Assembly: GCA_973895155.1 (NCBI GenBank)
Contig: OZ316895.1
Location: 10,466,184 to 10,530,183 of the forward strand
Origin: Marsupella aquatica
Lineage: Eukaryota; Plantae; Marchantiophyta
DNA length: 64,000 nucleotides
Direction: 5' to 3'
The notes below the pieces were generated by a model. It made no database searches, had not been told where the DNA came from, and was given only the letters and a program-made list of their open reading frames with translations. Every line of letters begins with the position of its first letter. Position 1 is the first letter of the stretch. Positions 26,901 through 40,213 of this stretch are shown here, in pieces. The position numbers and the translations under genes are program-made.

Positions 26901-27467
26901 TCTGTCTCATAGGGGCGCTTGCCACTTGCATCACAGCATCAAGACACGAACTAGGCTACTGCAGAGGTATATGAGCAATTACTCGGGACAACACTTTATC
27001 CACGATCGATCCTTCCACCTACTCCAACTTTGGGCCTGATTCATATTGTTGCTACTCTCGGATCCATCTAGCCCATTGCCTCTATAGTCACACTTGTGAT
27101 CACTATCAGCCCTTGATGCACTTTCACTCCCGGACCCTCCATTGTTAGCATTCCCTCATTTCATTGGATCCTCCCTTACTTCCCCGAGAGGGGGTGTTGG
27201 AAACCTTTTTACTCGTAAGCTAAGATAAGGCTGGACTGGTGACAGCCCACTAGTAGACTAGAAGTAGGATTACATTAGATCAAGATTAGATCAAGTGTCG
27301 CACATTCCTTGTCCCTACTGCTTACTTTACGGAAGTTAATTTAGTTATTAGATTTAGGTTTGCTAGTTTAGCCATTGATCTTCCACCTATTCAGGCTCCT
27401 CTAGCCGCTATTTATACTGCCCAATGAGGCACCTTCAAAACACTACATTTAGAGAGCTCCTCTAACA
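23981..27467 (+). mobile_element. Degenerate Ty1/Copia LTR retrotransposon with integrase deleted
   Basis: LTRs at 23981-24252 and 27195-27467 with a perfect TTCCT TSD. PBS TGGTAGCAGAGC at 24253 and PPT GAGAGGGGG before the 3' LTR. Gag (VLKGLP), protease (WILDSSASAHV), RT (EEIYMNQPEGF, YVDD) and RNaseH (CDNQG, DLLTKPL) are all broken by stops or frameshifts. Confidence 0.95.
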
Positions 27468-30329
27468 TTCCTCACCGTGTACATTAAATACCTTGTAGTC
27501 TTCCATTCTAACTTTAGTCGGGACTTTAGTATGGAGGGTGTATGGGCTGAGTGATGCCAAAGTCCAATCTCAATGGGTATGGGGTATTTTAGAAATGGGG
27601 TTTTTTAAGGATGGGTTTTTGACTGCAAAGATAGAAGAGACATGGCCTGCCCAAGGGTCTCACTCCATTTTCTCATGGCAGTGTTGTCATGCTCGGAAAT
27701 CCCTCAACCCTTCTATGTACATTACTTTTTAGACCGAAGCTTTCAACCATGCACAAGGCCTCCATTCCAGAAAGGATGTACAAATTTGCATAGCTTGCTT
27801 GGCCTTCATTAGTAATTGTTTTCTGTCACGTCAATATGGATAGAAAACAATGGGCATGAACTTGGTACAATAGTGATTGAGCTCACCCCCTTTCGAACCC
27901 AAAGACTTGATGGACTCTGGAACATTCTTCGCCTGCCTAGATATATCCACCTAAACTTTGTCATGGATTTCTGAAAATGCTGCCCAATCTTCATCCAATA
28001 AACATCAAATTTGCGTCGTGCTCATGTGATGGAATTACCATTGCATGCTAGTCACAACCTTGCAATCTGTTCGGTTTCAATATTGGAGAAATTTTCTTGC
28101 TTCTTGCCCTACTTGGCAGTCATATTATCGATAGGAGTCATGGTGGGAAATAAAACTATCATAGCAAGCAATTGAAGAATCTTGCGACCAAAAATTCCAG
28201 GACAATTGAGAGCATGCAGCTCCACAAGAGCATCGATCAATGTGGCAATAATCAACTACTCAAAACTATTGTATCAATCACGGCTTCGGATCCAGCTTAG
28301 CATATTCAAGAGCAAGAGTTTCCAACCTATCATGTCTTGACCTTTAAATTTATAATGAAACAAATGAAATGTCTTTCCTCAACTTATTTTGTGAAGATTT
28401 GCACTTCATTTTTACCGACAATCTAAGAGCAATAAGGGCCAGTTTTTTGGGACCTTCTACATGCAAGATGGCCGTAAAATTTGGCCAAATGAATATGACT
28501 TTGACCAGCCTGAAGGTTCTAGATGGGATATTGGGGGGTGGGGGGAGGTGGCGAAGGGGGCCACTGGAGCATCTCAATCACAAAGCAAGATCAAGAAAAG
28601 CCAATTAACACTTTGTTTTTGTGGATGTGCCTCTCCTCTCGCTGCCTCTTGCTCTTGTCATTTCCGTTTCTTGCATGCACAGACTGTCACTCTCTTGCTC
28701 TCTCCAATCCTACATAGAGATTTTCTGGTTTGTGCCTATCATGCACATACACATTGCCAACCAACAGCGCACCATACACAAAAAATTAGATTAATTCCCT
28801 TGGCAAACTCCAATTAGGAAAACAGTCTATTACACACATTAGCCAAGCCCACTCCACCTTCACTTCCACTTCACTGGAGGAGTATGGATCACAAGTGCAA
28901 GTATGCCACAAGTATTGCTTGGTGAATCTCAATTTCAGAGTCCAGAGTGAAATCTTTAGCCCATGACTTTGGGGTCATAATTGAAGGTGAGGGTGCAATC
29001 AACAAATGGGGGCAAGTTATGGGAAAACATTTGGACATGATCAACAACAGGGAATCTATGGGGACAAGTTATGGGAAAATATTTGAACCTGAGTGACACT
29101 AGGGAAAATGTTTTTTCTAAGGGCATCGTTGTCCTCACTTGCAGCCAGTTAGGCTACAAAAAATAATGTCAAATGTGGTGAACAATAGAACCATCCTCTA
29201 ACTTGACAGAACATTTACGTATTGCGGGCATCTTTAATCCAACGGGGCTTTGTTTATCGGGTACATAAAGTAACCAGTCTGACAAAGTCCTTTCCTTAGT
29301 TCACTATATGCAACTATCATTGCTAATTGAAAAGCAGCCCCAACTCTGACTAGGTAGTTTCTCTAAACAACAAGCATCAACATCTTACAACCTAACCCAA
29401 CAATGAGCTGAGCAAGTGGTCAACAAGTGTGTAATATGTTCCATATAAACATCCAATGACCAAAAAATCCATTCTTTCTGAAATCCCAATTAGATCTGAT
29501 TTTTGAATTTTTGAATTGAGTTTGTTAGTACTTCCTAAGCCTATTATCTAGAGTAAAGCCTCTAGACCTTAACTCTAAATGAGGGCATAACTGAAAGTGA
29601 GGGTACAAAGAGATGAATGCAAAGATGAACACAAAAGAAGAGGGAATCCTTTTTTATGCAAGGTTTTTTGTTTCTCTCCTTTATATATGTTCAAGTCCTC
29701 TCCTCTATTTGTTAGGGTTCTCTTAAGTCTTGGTTAACCTCTTTTAGGCTAATTGACATTTGGGTGCCAATGGTGATTAGCCAAGTCTCTAGTTCATACC
29801 ATATGGGGGAGCAAGGAGACACATGCTCATTGTTGAGAGAACAAACTAGGTGTTAGATGAAACATTATTGGAGAGCTTGTCCTTGGAGGTTTAGTGTTGC
29901 TATGGTGGCCAAAGCTCAGTAAATCTCGTATCTCGCGTGTCAGTGTGCTTGTTTGTTTCTTATCTCATGTGTATCATGTCACCAATTTACCCAACACTAT
30001 TTACATTCACAGAAAGTAATTTTGAATGAGTAATGGCTAGTTGAAAAAACAAAAATCTAGTGAAAGATGCTTTGAGAGTGATTCCCTGATTCGATTACCC
30101 TAGAGTTAATTATTCGTTTCGTCTTATTCGCACTCGGTCCAATCGCCCTGTGACCCGTCTTCCCTCCCTGCGGAGACACACCCTCGACGGACGGGGCTGA
30201 GTCTTTTGTCGGAGAGCTCTCGATTTGCTTTGCAACGTCTAGGGGTTTGGGGTTTAAGGTTTCGCACATTTAGTGCGGAGCTCGTCTTCCAGATAGCCAG
30301 GATTGGCGAGAAAACGAAGAGAAGAGACG

Positions 30330-33300
30330 ATGGCAGGAACGGGCAAGGGCCCGGAGGTTGTGGCACCGGAGACGCTACTGGAGCTGATGAGCCCGCACAT
30401 TGATTCCTTCAATTACTTTGTAGAACGGGGCCTTCCGCTGGCTGTGGCGAACGTCCAGCCAGTGGAAGTTTCTCATCCGGTGACGAATGTCCATCTTCGC
30501 AATATCCTTTTCTGCAACATAAATGATGCATAACTGAAGCATTTGGTCTTCCTTAGATTTATCTCAGATTCTGTGCAAGCCTCTGATATTGCATCCGAAT
30601 TGAGGATTTTCAATTGAACCACACAGTTCTGATTTACTTAGTTCATTGTGATCGTCCTGGTATCCCTGCTTTTGAATTAACTTTTGAGATAATTCGAAAC
30701 TCTATGAGCTGTCAGAGGTTGTAATGTATATCAATAGAATGAGTTTCTTAACACTTCACACTGTGGCTAGACACGCCAGTCGTGAATCGCCCTATGAAGG
30801 ATCAGAAAGACGGAGGCATGTCTCTGGATCAGCGACTGCTCCCCTCTGAAGTAAGCGCATTACAACCCTTCTAGAACCCACTACGTGTCTATTTCGTCTA
30901 CAAGCTTCCACGGACGTACTAAAGTACGTTCTCGGTTGGAGATTACTGGTGTTAAAATTGCTTTAATGGTTTTTGAAATGCAGGATGGGATTCCTCGGAG
31001 CTTTGAATTTGTAGCCTGCCTGTACCAATGAATCTTGTCTATAGCTATCCTTATTAGGAACTCCAACAAACTCCACAAGCTCAAAGGATTGCTCCCTCGA
31101 GCCAAAATACTAAATTCGGGTTTGGCAGCTATTTTGACAAGATTTTGGTTGGCATTGTGGCAGTGTCGTTTAGCTGGATTGAGCTACAGGGGAACACTGA
31201 CCGCGGATCTCTGCCTTCAGTGGTCAAATGGCAACGTCGTTCGCCACACCTTGAATTTCGGGCGCATGCCCATCATGGTCAAGGTATTTTGTGCTCACCT
31301 CCCTTCACGTCCGCCGTTTTCATACCATCGGTAAAGTAACGTTCTACCTGGGTTGCGTCAGACTTTCGTTGACAATTCTCCATTCAAGAAGCCTAACACG
31401 CGTGAAGTATTTGGTCACTCTTCACTACTGACCAGTTCAGGTTCTGCACAAATTGCCCTCCCAGCCTACATAACTAACTTCATGGCATTCTTAGAAACGA
31501 TTGCACTGTATTGAAGACTTATGAGATTCCTTTGTCCTTGCAGTCAAGTTTGTGCCACCTGAGAGGATTAAAACTCGGACAACTTGTCTCTGCCAAAGAG
31601 GAAGCCATGGAGATGGGAGGGTTGGTATTACTTACTTTGATGTGCTCAACGTTATACTGATTGGCATTTTGAATTCAGTTACTCTGCTCGTTTCATGTTT
31701 ACTTCGTGTAGTCTTATTCTCAAAGAGGCTCCAATTTGCTTCTCCGATCATTCCGAAAGAAGGTTTTCTTGTTTAAGTTGTGCAGATTCGAGCTCCATTT
31801 CTTGTCTTTTGTGTTGTAACTCATAACAACGATATACATAAATGTTTCTTGTTTCCAAGGAAATGTCAGTTGACTCTCAGACGATAATTTGGATGTTTCT
31901 TTTAACAACAGGTACTTCGTATGCAATGGCATCGAAAGAATTATCCGACTTCTCATCATACCAAAGCGTAACATAGTCTGTCCCTTCCCCGATGCCTCTG
32001 AAGTTAGATGATGGTACATTGGCATGTATAATTTGAAATTCCTGAAAGTCTGCTGGTGTGGCATTGAAGAACAGTCTGATCTTACAAAACTGCTGTCACT
32101 AACGTTTCTAGTTGGGTTTATATTAAATCTGAACAGGTGCTAGGAATTAAGCGAAATACCTTTCGAAACCGAGGACCATCCTACTCTGATTATGCCGTTA
32201 CGATAAGGTGGGTTAGAAACCTCGTTGCTACGGTAATCACTTCCAATAAGAGTGAGAAATAAGGATGACGAATTCTTGAACAGCATGCACTTGTCAATAT
32301 TCTACATTCGCTTGATTGTCAATCAAATGTGCAATCGGTAGAGCCTTAATTTGCTCGCGATGAATTTTCCATATGCTAAACGACAGTATATGGTGACAAT
32401 TTTCAGGTTCTATATTTTGGATAGGTACTTATCCAACATTGAGCTTACATGTGTGCTCCCATGCAGGTGCGTTAGGCCAGATCAATCTTCTGTAACAATG
32501 AGACTCTACTATCTAAACCACGGCAGTGCAAATCTTGGATTTTCGTGAGTCTCTTCTCTTCTCTTCTCTTCTCTTCTCTTCTCTTCTCTTCTCTTCTCTT
32601 CTCTTCTCTTCTCTTCTCTTCTCTTCTCTTCTCTTCTCTTCTCTTCTGCTTGTGAGTGGACGTGCATCATTGCTTTACGAGGCTCTTGTTTTAGTCTTTC
32701 TCTTGTTTGATGTAAAGTTCGAGTCTTTTTTACTGGCAATGAATGCAGGTTGCGAAAGCAGGAGTTCCTGATACCTGTGGGAATCATCTTGAAGGTATAG
32801 AAGGTGCTTCAAGGACTGAAGATATACCATTTTGTGATCCTGGGTTTCAATACTGTATTTCTAATGGGAGACTTTGAATCATTTCTTCATACACAGGCAC
32901 CTGCCTTTTTTCCGTCTTTTTATTGCGTGGAATGTAACATACCCTGGAATAGTATCAGGTCTACCTGCTGGAGATAATCTTTTCGCTAGAGTTTTAATCG
33001 TAATAGAGAAAGAGCAAGAATACAAATGATGTCAAATTGATGATCATGGCTGCAGGCTCTCATCGACACAAATGAACGAGAGATATTTGAACACCTTAGG
33101 TCTATTGAACCTGAGGATCAGAAGAGTACCAAAGGGGTTCTTGGGACACAATTTGTAAGTCAAAGAGCGAGGATCATATTGCAAGAAGTTCAAGGACTAA
33201 ACCTGTTCACACGTATCCAGTGCCTGCAATATATAGGTAAAGTTCTCCGGATTATTGTTTCACAAGTCGTAAGGTCTTTGTATTGAGAACCTTATTTACA

Positions 33301-36300
33301 TCCTCATTTTATTTCCTATTGAAGGAAGCACGCTTTACAACATTTGCTGCTATTCTCAATAATTCTCTCGTTCTATCTTAATATTACATTGTACCTGATG
33401 GACTGCATACTGTCACAGGTGAACGTTTCAAACATTTGCTGGAAGTTCCTGCAAGTTACTCTTCTGCAAAGGTATGGAGTATTCCTTTTTTAGTTAATGC
33501 TGGTAGTGGAGTCGTTCGGAGACAGCTTTTGTAGTCTCTGGTTATCGTTGAATCTATGCTCTTGCAGGCCATTTCCAGGGAATTACCTGAGTTCATAACG
33601 GTTCCATAGGATTTGCTGATCTTAGACCGATCAATGCTTTGTACTATCCGTAACCATCTGGTCCCTCTTTCTTACTTTCTCTGAAAAATGATGTGGTATG
33701 TTTAACTACGTCCTGAACAAAGATACACTATCAGGTTCTCAAATAATATTTATGGACGTGAATTGGGGTCCCTTTTGAATGTGGTCATGATTGGGTTCAC
33801 ATTTCCGTCAGGTTGGTGAGAAGATTTTGGAGGACTACATATTAGTGCACGTGGACAATGCTCGTGACAAATTTAACCTCTTGATGTAAGTGTCCAATTC
33901 AGAAATGTTGGGCTTAGATTTTAGAACCTTGACGATAAATCTTTCACTAGACCCTTGGAGATATCCAATGTTTTCCAATCTTATGGGATACGATGTACAT
34001 CTCTGTTCTCTGCAAATGCAGATTTATGTTACATAAGCTTTTTGCGCTAGCGGATGGGCTAGCAACAGCTGATAATGCTGATGCACTGCAGCACCACGAG
34101 ATACTTCTGCCAGGACATTTGCTGACAATATTTGTCAAGGTATGAAAACTAAACTGTTTTGTGAATCGTCCTGTTTCTGAGACGCAGCTAACTTTTTATG
34201 CTCGTCGTTTCACATGCAATTTAATGGGACTTGGGACTCACACAATACTTATTTAGTTAGATCTATCTGCAGAAGTAATGTTGAGCTTCGTTTTCGTTCA
34301 ATTTAGCTAAAGCATACGTACCTGGGTTTTGCGTAGTTTTAGTATTACAAATTCTTGCTTGAGTTGCTAGACGACTTACTCATCCCTGAATCTGGTTCCT
34401 ACAGGAAAGAATGCAAGACTGGTTGTATAGGGTGAAGTCGCTTATCGTCAAGGAAATTGAAGATAAACCAGCTAAATACAACCTCCAAGAGTGTATGTGA
34501 CTTGAACATCCTCAATACCTTGTGTACATCTCCTACCCTGACGGCGGAGGCTTGGAATTCGTAAATAGCAGACAAGTTGTGTTATTTGTACTGATGAAAG
34601 ATTTTGTCTGGCTGCTCAGTAGCCCAGGTGCTAAAGACAACAGACAAACTACCAGCTTCAGACATAAGTAAGAAAGTGGATTATCTTCTCAATACTGGCA
34701 ATCTAATCACTCAAACTGGGCTTGATCTACAACAGGTGTGACCTAACCTCAGATTGTGCTGATGATTACTTGTCGTCTTAGACGCTAATAATTTTTATTG
34801 CGAAAAGCTTTGTGCTTTGGGGAAGCCTAGGTATAATGGAGAAGCAAAAGTTTGGTATGCCATTGAAATACTGAAGAGACAGTTTCTATCCACTAGATTT
34901 GAGCTTAATTACTTGCACAGCTTGGAAGTTTGTCAGAGATAGTGTGTTCTGCCAGCTTATTGGGCCTCTTGGTCGCTCGTAATTGTTTTGAGTACAGGCT
35001 ACTGGTTTTACGGTGGTTGCTGATAAACTCAATTTTCTGCGTTACCTTTCACACTTCCGTTCAGTTCATCGTGGAGCCTTTTTTGCAACATTGAGGACTA
35101 CAACTGTGCGCAAATTGCTCCCAGAGTACAATCCTTGAAACCAATATGAACGAGATATTTACGAGATAGAATGGAATATCTTGCTGTTATCTTGTTGTCA
35201 GAGGGGCTCTAGAGTAGCTAGGATACTAAACAACAGAGGGACTCTAGAGTAGCTAGGATACTAAACAAAACTAAGTCATCCCGCTCTGATGTCTGGTTGT
35301 TGAAAATTGTAGGTCTTGGGGTTTTTTGTGCCCTGTGCATACTCCAGATGGATCTCCTTGTGGTTTGCTGAACCATCTTACTGCCGCATGTGGTGAGTTA
35401 TCCCCTTGAAGTGGAGTTTATTTCATTGTGGTAGAAGGTGGAAACTTGGTTGATTCATCCATGCTGATTCGTTTGGATCTCGCAAAATTAAAATGAGAAT
35501 TGTGTATCATCCAGAAGATGCGCAAGTGTGGAATACTGAATCAGGAAGTATACTGAAATTGTGAAAGGTCCTAATTTCGTTTGGGGCAAAATGCTGAAGG
35601 GGTTGGAAGTGACTTTTCATGGTTGCAGTTATTTCGTCAGATTTGGATCCAAGAGGAAATGTTAAGCAGCCTTTGAAAATTCGGAAGGCAATCACATCCG
35701 AGCTAGTGAGGCTGGGTATGCTTCCGGCAGTCCTTAGCCTTGCTCGTGTTTCACCTCCAGAGTACTTGACAGTACAACTCGATGGACGAATACTAGGTTA
35801 CATGCTCACGGTTGACATTCCTGATGCTATTGCTCATCTCCGACACCTCAAGGTCTCCAAGAGTTCAGAGGTGGGTTTATCCAACAGTCGTTTTCTGGTC
35901 GAAAAACGGTACTATTCTAATGTTCGGGCCAAATCCTTCAAAAATGCTTTGGTGGTTTTGATCTCTGGTCTTTGGTTACTTATATCTTGAGATTCAGATA
36001 ATGACAATCTTTCACTATCATGGCCTTGTCGAGGTTGATCCATCGTTCAATTATTGTTGCTTGTAATGATTTCTGTCTCTTTGCTCAGGTTCCAGTTGAC
36101 CTGGAAGCGGCCTATGTACCTTGTACATCTGGGGGAGCATACCCAGGAGTATACTTATTCACAACACCTGGACGGTTTCTTCGGCCTGTCAAACAACTAG
36201 GAACCCAGGACAAGGGTTCTATTGAACTAATTGGGCCATATGAACAGGTTAGTCACCTTCGTGTACTGCGATCAAGTAGATTTTTCTAGCCAGTGCCCTC

Positions 36301-39300
36301 TTCCTTGGTGTAGATGTCCAGCGGCAATTTGAATGGCTAATTTTGTACCCTATCTATCGACCATCTGGTTATTTGATAAGAGATCTCGCAGTTAGTCTCG
36401 GACTTTGAATGTAGATATTGCTCGCAAATTAAAGCCACATGACATGAATGATTCGCTGATTAGAGTTGAACTAGGCATCTTCCTCTTGGAGCCTACATCA
36501 TATGGATATCAAAGACCTTTCCCAATCAACTTCAACGTGCAGAGTGATATTTCTTTGGGGTGTAGGGGAGTTATGGTGGATGTCCTGTCCAATTAGTGCA
36601 AAGGCATTCAAGTTTGGATAACAAAACTGATACAGAGCTGGGTGAATTTGCAAGGCATATATGGAAATTAAATGCCCCGATGGAGGTGATGGAGGCAGTG
36701 CTTTTGGCTTGTCAACTTCAACACATGAGGAGATACATGCAATGGCTATGTTAAGTGTGGTGGCCAGCCTTACTCCATGGTCTGATCATAATCAGAGTCC
36801 TCGAAACATGTACCAGTGTCAGGTGCTCCCATCCTCTACAACCACCACCAGCAACTGTCGGAACATTTTAGAGACCATTTCAAAGGATCACTGAGAACAT
36901 GCTTTTGTTTCTCGACTGACCTAAACGATTTCTCGCAGATGGCAAAGCAAACCATGGGGACCCCCGCTCAAGCTATGGCTTTCCGGTCTGACAACAAACT
37001 TTATCGAATTCAGGTAAGAGAAGATGAGAGAAAGAGGAGTGAGTTCAATTAAATAACTTCCTCCCCAGCTAGGCCACAGCTTGGGTGCTTCTGTGTATAT
37101 CAATCTGAAGCTTATCTGACTTACCAGAACTTCGATTTTGTCATCTCCAGGGTGGTCTTAGTCTGGAAATGAGAGAAAGCTCATCCCTGAGCAGATCTGA
37201 TTGTGGGGAGGGATCACCAAAATTTACTGACACTGGTGAATGTGTGTTGCTAGACGCCTCAAACACCTGTGGCAAGGACAGCCAATTGGGGCAAGTTTAA
37301 CGTTGATCAGTTTCCAACTGGTACCAATGCCATTGTTGCTGTACTAGCTTACACAGGGTGAGTCGTTGACCACTAATAAAATCATATCTCAAAGGTTGCG
37401 TCCACCTTATTAAAAAAATCTGCTTCATTGCGCTTGATTGGTTCTGGTCGATGAAAATTCTTCTAATTCTACGCCTTGTTGCAGATATGATATGGAGGAT
37501 GCAATGATTCTGAACAAGTCGTCCATGGAACGTGGACTGTGTCATGGACAAGTTTACAAGGTCTGCTCCGTGGCAAAGTAAACTTTTACTGGCGTCAGTT
37601 GTCTTTTGATTTAAAATTGGTGGTCCTTAAGTTGCAGTTGGTCATCTTCCTATATCCGGAAATTTCTGAATAAAATCAGGTCTGGCAGCTCAAAAGTTCA
37701 GTTGTTTGTGAAAATCTTATACAACTGGCTTTTGGTACAGTTGAAACTCTCTGGTTCTCTTCAATTTTGCTGCTAGTTCTAGAACCGCTATTGCCTGGAT
37801 TACCGCATGAGTACAATTGATTGTCCTGTTGTAAGCACTGATTATACCATGGTTGATTTGGCTACAGACAGAGACCATCGATTTGACAAAAATGCGGCGA
37901 AAAGGAGATGGAATTGTAAATGTCTTTGGAAGATCAGATGGCACCAAAAATGGGGCACTTCCAAATCAGTATACGAACTACATTGACGTCGATGGGCTTC
38001 CTCACATTGGCCAAGTAAGGCTCCCAAAGTATTATTTTAGGAAGGTTGAGCTCTTGTTATATCAGCAGCTCGACGTGTATGTTCTTTTTCGAGCTTGCTC
38101 TTGAATCTAATGGTGGAACTGATTCTTCAGGTCATTACAGAAGGAAACCCCTATTGTAGTGTTCTCAATACTGTCACTGGAAACGTAAAACTTTCAAAGG
38201 TGAAAGGAGCTGAAGCTGCTGTTGTGGACTACGTGGCTGCCATTGGACAAGGTCCAAAAGAACCTATACAAAAGGTGTGCTAATTGATCGCGATGCATGC
38301 ATGTATTGGACATAAAGTAATTTTCAGTGATAACCTCCTACTCAGTCCTCAACCTATAGAGCTTCTGTGGTTGTTTTCGTTGACGATCAAGTATACAGGT
38401 TTAATTTCTTCAGTTTTGTATACTTGAGAAAGTATCTACTGCGTCTTGCGTTCGTATGTCTTTTCGCGATTGATACTGCCTCTTGACACAAAGTGTGCTG
38501 GTAGAAGTGTTATAAATTTGAAGAGTTGGTCCCATGGCTTCTGCATAATGACACTCCCTAAATTTCGCAAATTCACAGTCTTGTTGGGGAATCTCTTACC
38601 GGATGTCCTTGATGGTTTATTTCTAAATTGATCCTCTAATCTGGACTATCAGGTTACTATTCGTATGCGGCATGGTCGCAATCCCATAATCGGAGACAAA
38701 TTCAGCAGTCGCCATGGCCAGAAAGGTGTGCTATCACAGCTTTGGCCAGACGAAGACATGCCATTTTCAGCCGTGACGGGAATGCGGCCAGACTTGATCA
38801 TCAATCCTCACGCTTTTCCGTCACGAATGACAATTGGCATGCTTCTGGAGTCCATGGCAGCCAAGGTCGGTGCTCTACACAGGCGGATAAATTTTCAGGA
38901 CTGAGTCGGGGACATTTTATTAGTCACTGCTTGGGTCTGTCTTAAGTGTCGTCCGTACCTTGTTTCAATTGTGCAAGGTGTTCTAATCATGTCTCTCCTA
39001 CTTAACTTCAACAAGCTTTCTACAGACAATTCCAGCAATTGAAGGGGCCCAAAGGGTACTTTGTGATCAAAGTCTAGATGGACATTACCAGAATCCGACT
39101 GATTGATAATGCTCAATTGCTGAAGCAGGACTCACTGATTAGTATGGATGTGGGTACAGGTTGGTACCCTCCAGGGTAAATTCGTGGATGCAACGCCTTT
39201 TCAAAAATGTAGCACAGAAGATGGAAAAGGAGGTCGTAAAAGTAGCAGAGAGGAAACCACTGTTGATAAGTACGGCAAGCAATTGAAGGAGTACGGTTTC

Positions 39301-40213
39301 AACTACCATGGGACGGAGGTGATGTACAGTGGGGTGCTCGGAACTGAGTTCACGTGTGAGATATACTTAGGTGTAGTATACTATCAAAGGTTACGGCACA
39401 TGGTGTCGGATAAGTTTCAGGTATGTGCAGTGTCTTAATGGGTTTCCTTTGTCATTTTCTCTAACTAGCTTCAAGCAATTGTTGATTCACTTTGAGACTA
39501 GGTTCTTGACCACTCCTCAAGTAAGGGCGCATGGCAGAAGGAGTGCGCACTTTCTTAGAAGAAAATATCGTAAAAAGGACCCGCGAAATATTAGGATGGT
39601 AGGTGTGTTTTGGAGGCTGTGACCTGTATGACATCGCAGAGAATGAAAACTTGGGTGTTTATAAGTCGGGACCTACTCACCACCATCGTCGTACTCAGTA
39701 CCGAACAGGGTCTGCATAGAAGTGGGTTCTGAAACTGCCGGACAGCTATCCTATTTGCCAACGAGCTATTCTATGTATTGAAAGTAGCAAATATTTTTTG
39801 AACAGGTGCGATCTACGGGGCCTGTGAATCCTGTGACTCGACAGCCTGTCAAAGGTCGAAAGATGGGGGGAGGCATTCGGTTTGGAGAGATGGAGCGTGA
39901 CGCTTTGTTAGCCCATGGAGCTGCCTATTTATTGCATGATCGTCTACACACATGCTCGGACAACCACATTGCTAGTGTCTGTGTGAAGTGTGGTAGCTTG
40001 CTATCCACTACAGGTGTACCACAGAGAAAGAGCAGTGTAGGATTATACTCAGGTTTGGCCTCAGGAACAAAGAGAGAAAGTCGAGTGATATGCAGAGTTT
40101 GCAACAGCAGTCGAGACATTGAAAGTGTGGCCATGCCCTTCGTATTTAGATATCTTGCTGCAGAGCTTGCAGCTATGAATATTAAGTTGACTTTGACAGT
40201 TACTGACGGTTGA
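30330..40213 (+). CDS. NRPA2: DNA-directed RNA polymerase I second-largest subunit (RPA135/RPA2), multi-exon
   Basis: Motifs [128 protein letters not shown] and a C-terminal Zn site. ATG at 30330, TGA ending at 40213. Confidence 0.97.
30502..30761 (+). other. U12-type (minor spliceosome) AT-AC intron, NRPA2 intron 1
   Basis: 5' end ATATCCTTT, branch site TTCTTAAC at 30745-30752, and AC ending at 30761. Removal joins ...[14 protein letters not shown]...LLPSE in frame, followed by a GTAAG donor. Confidence 0.9.
32551..32645 (+). repeat. (CTCTT)19 microsatellite in an NRPA2 intron
   Basis: Perfect pentanucleotide run starting immediately after the GTGAGT donor at 32545-32550. Confidence 0.97.
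35199..35268. repeat. 35-bp tandem duplication in an NRPA2 intron
   Basis: CAGAGGG(G/A)CTCTAGAGTAGCTAGGATACTAAACAA occurs twice. Confidence 0.9.

Noticed and set aside
27700-28600. Possible decayed transposase on the minus strand
   Set aside because: Only fragmentary frames, with no diagnostic motif I can name.
30239-30263. Telo-box-like GGGGTTT/AAGGTTT run in the NRPA2 leader
   Set aside because: No exact AAACCCTA match on either strand in this run; too degenerate.
32509-32787. ORFs with (EEKRR)n and (FSSLL)n repeats
   Set aside because: These are translations of the intronic (CTCTT)n microsatellite.
13203-40213. RTEL1 and NRPA2 as a functional divergent pair
   Set aside because: Their starts are 7.5 kb apart with TE sequence between them; adjacency alone is no evidence of co-regulation.
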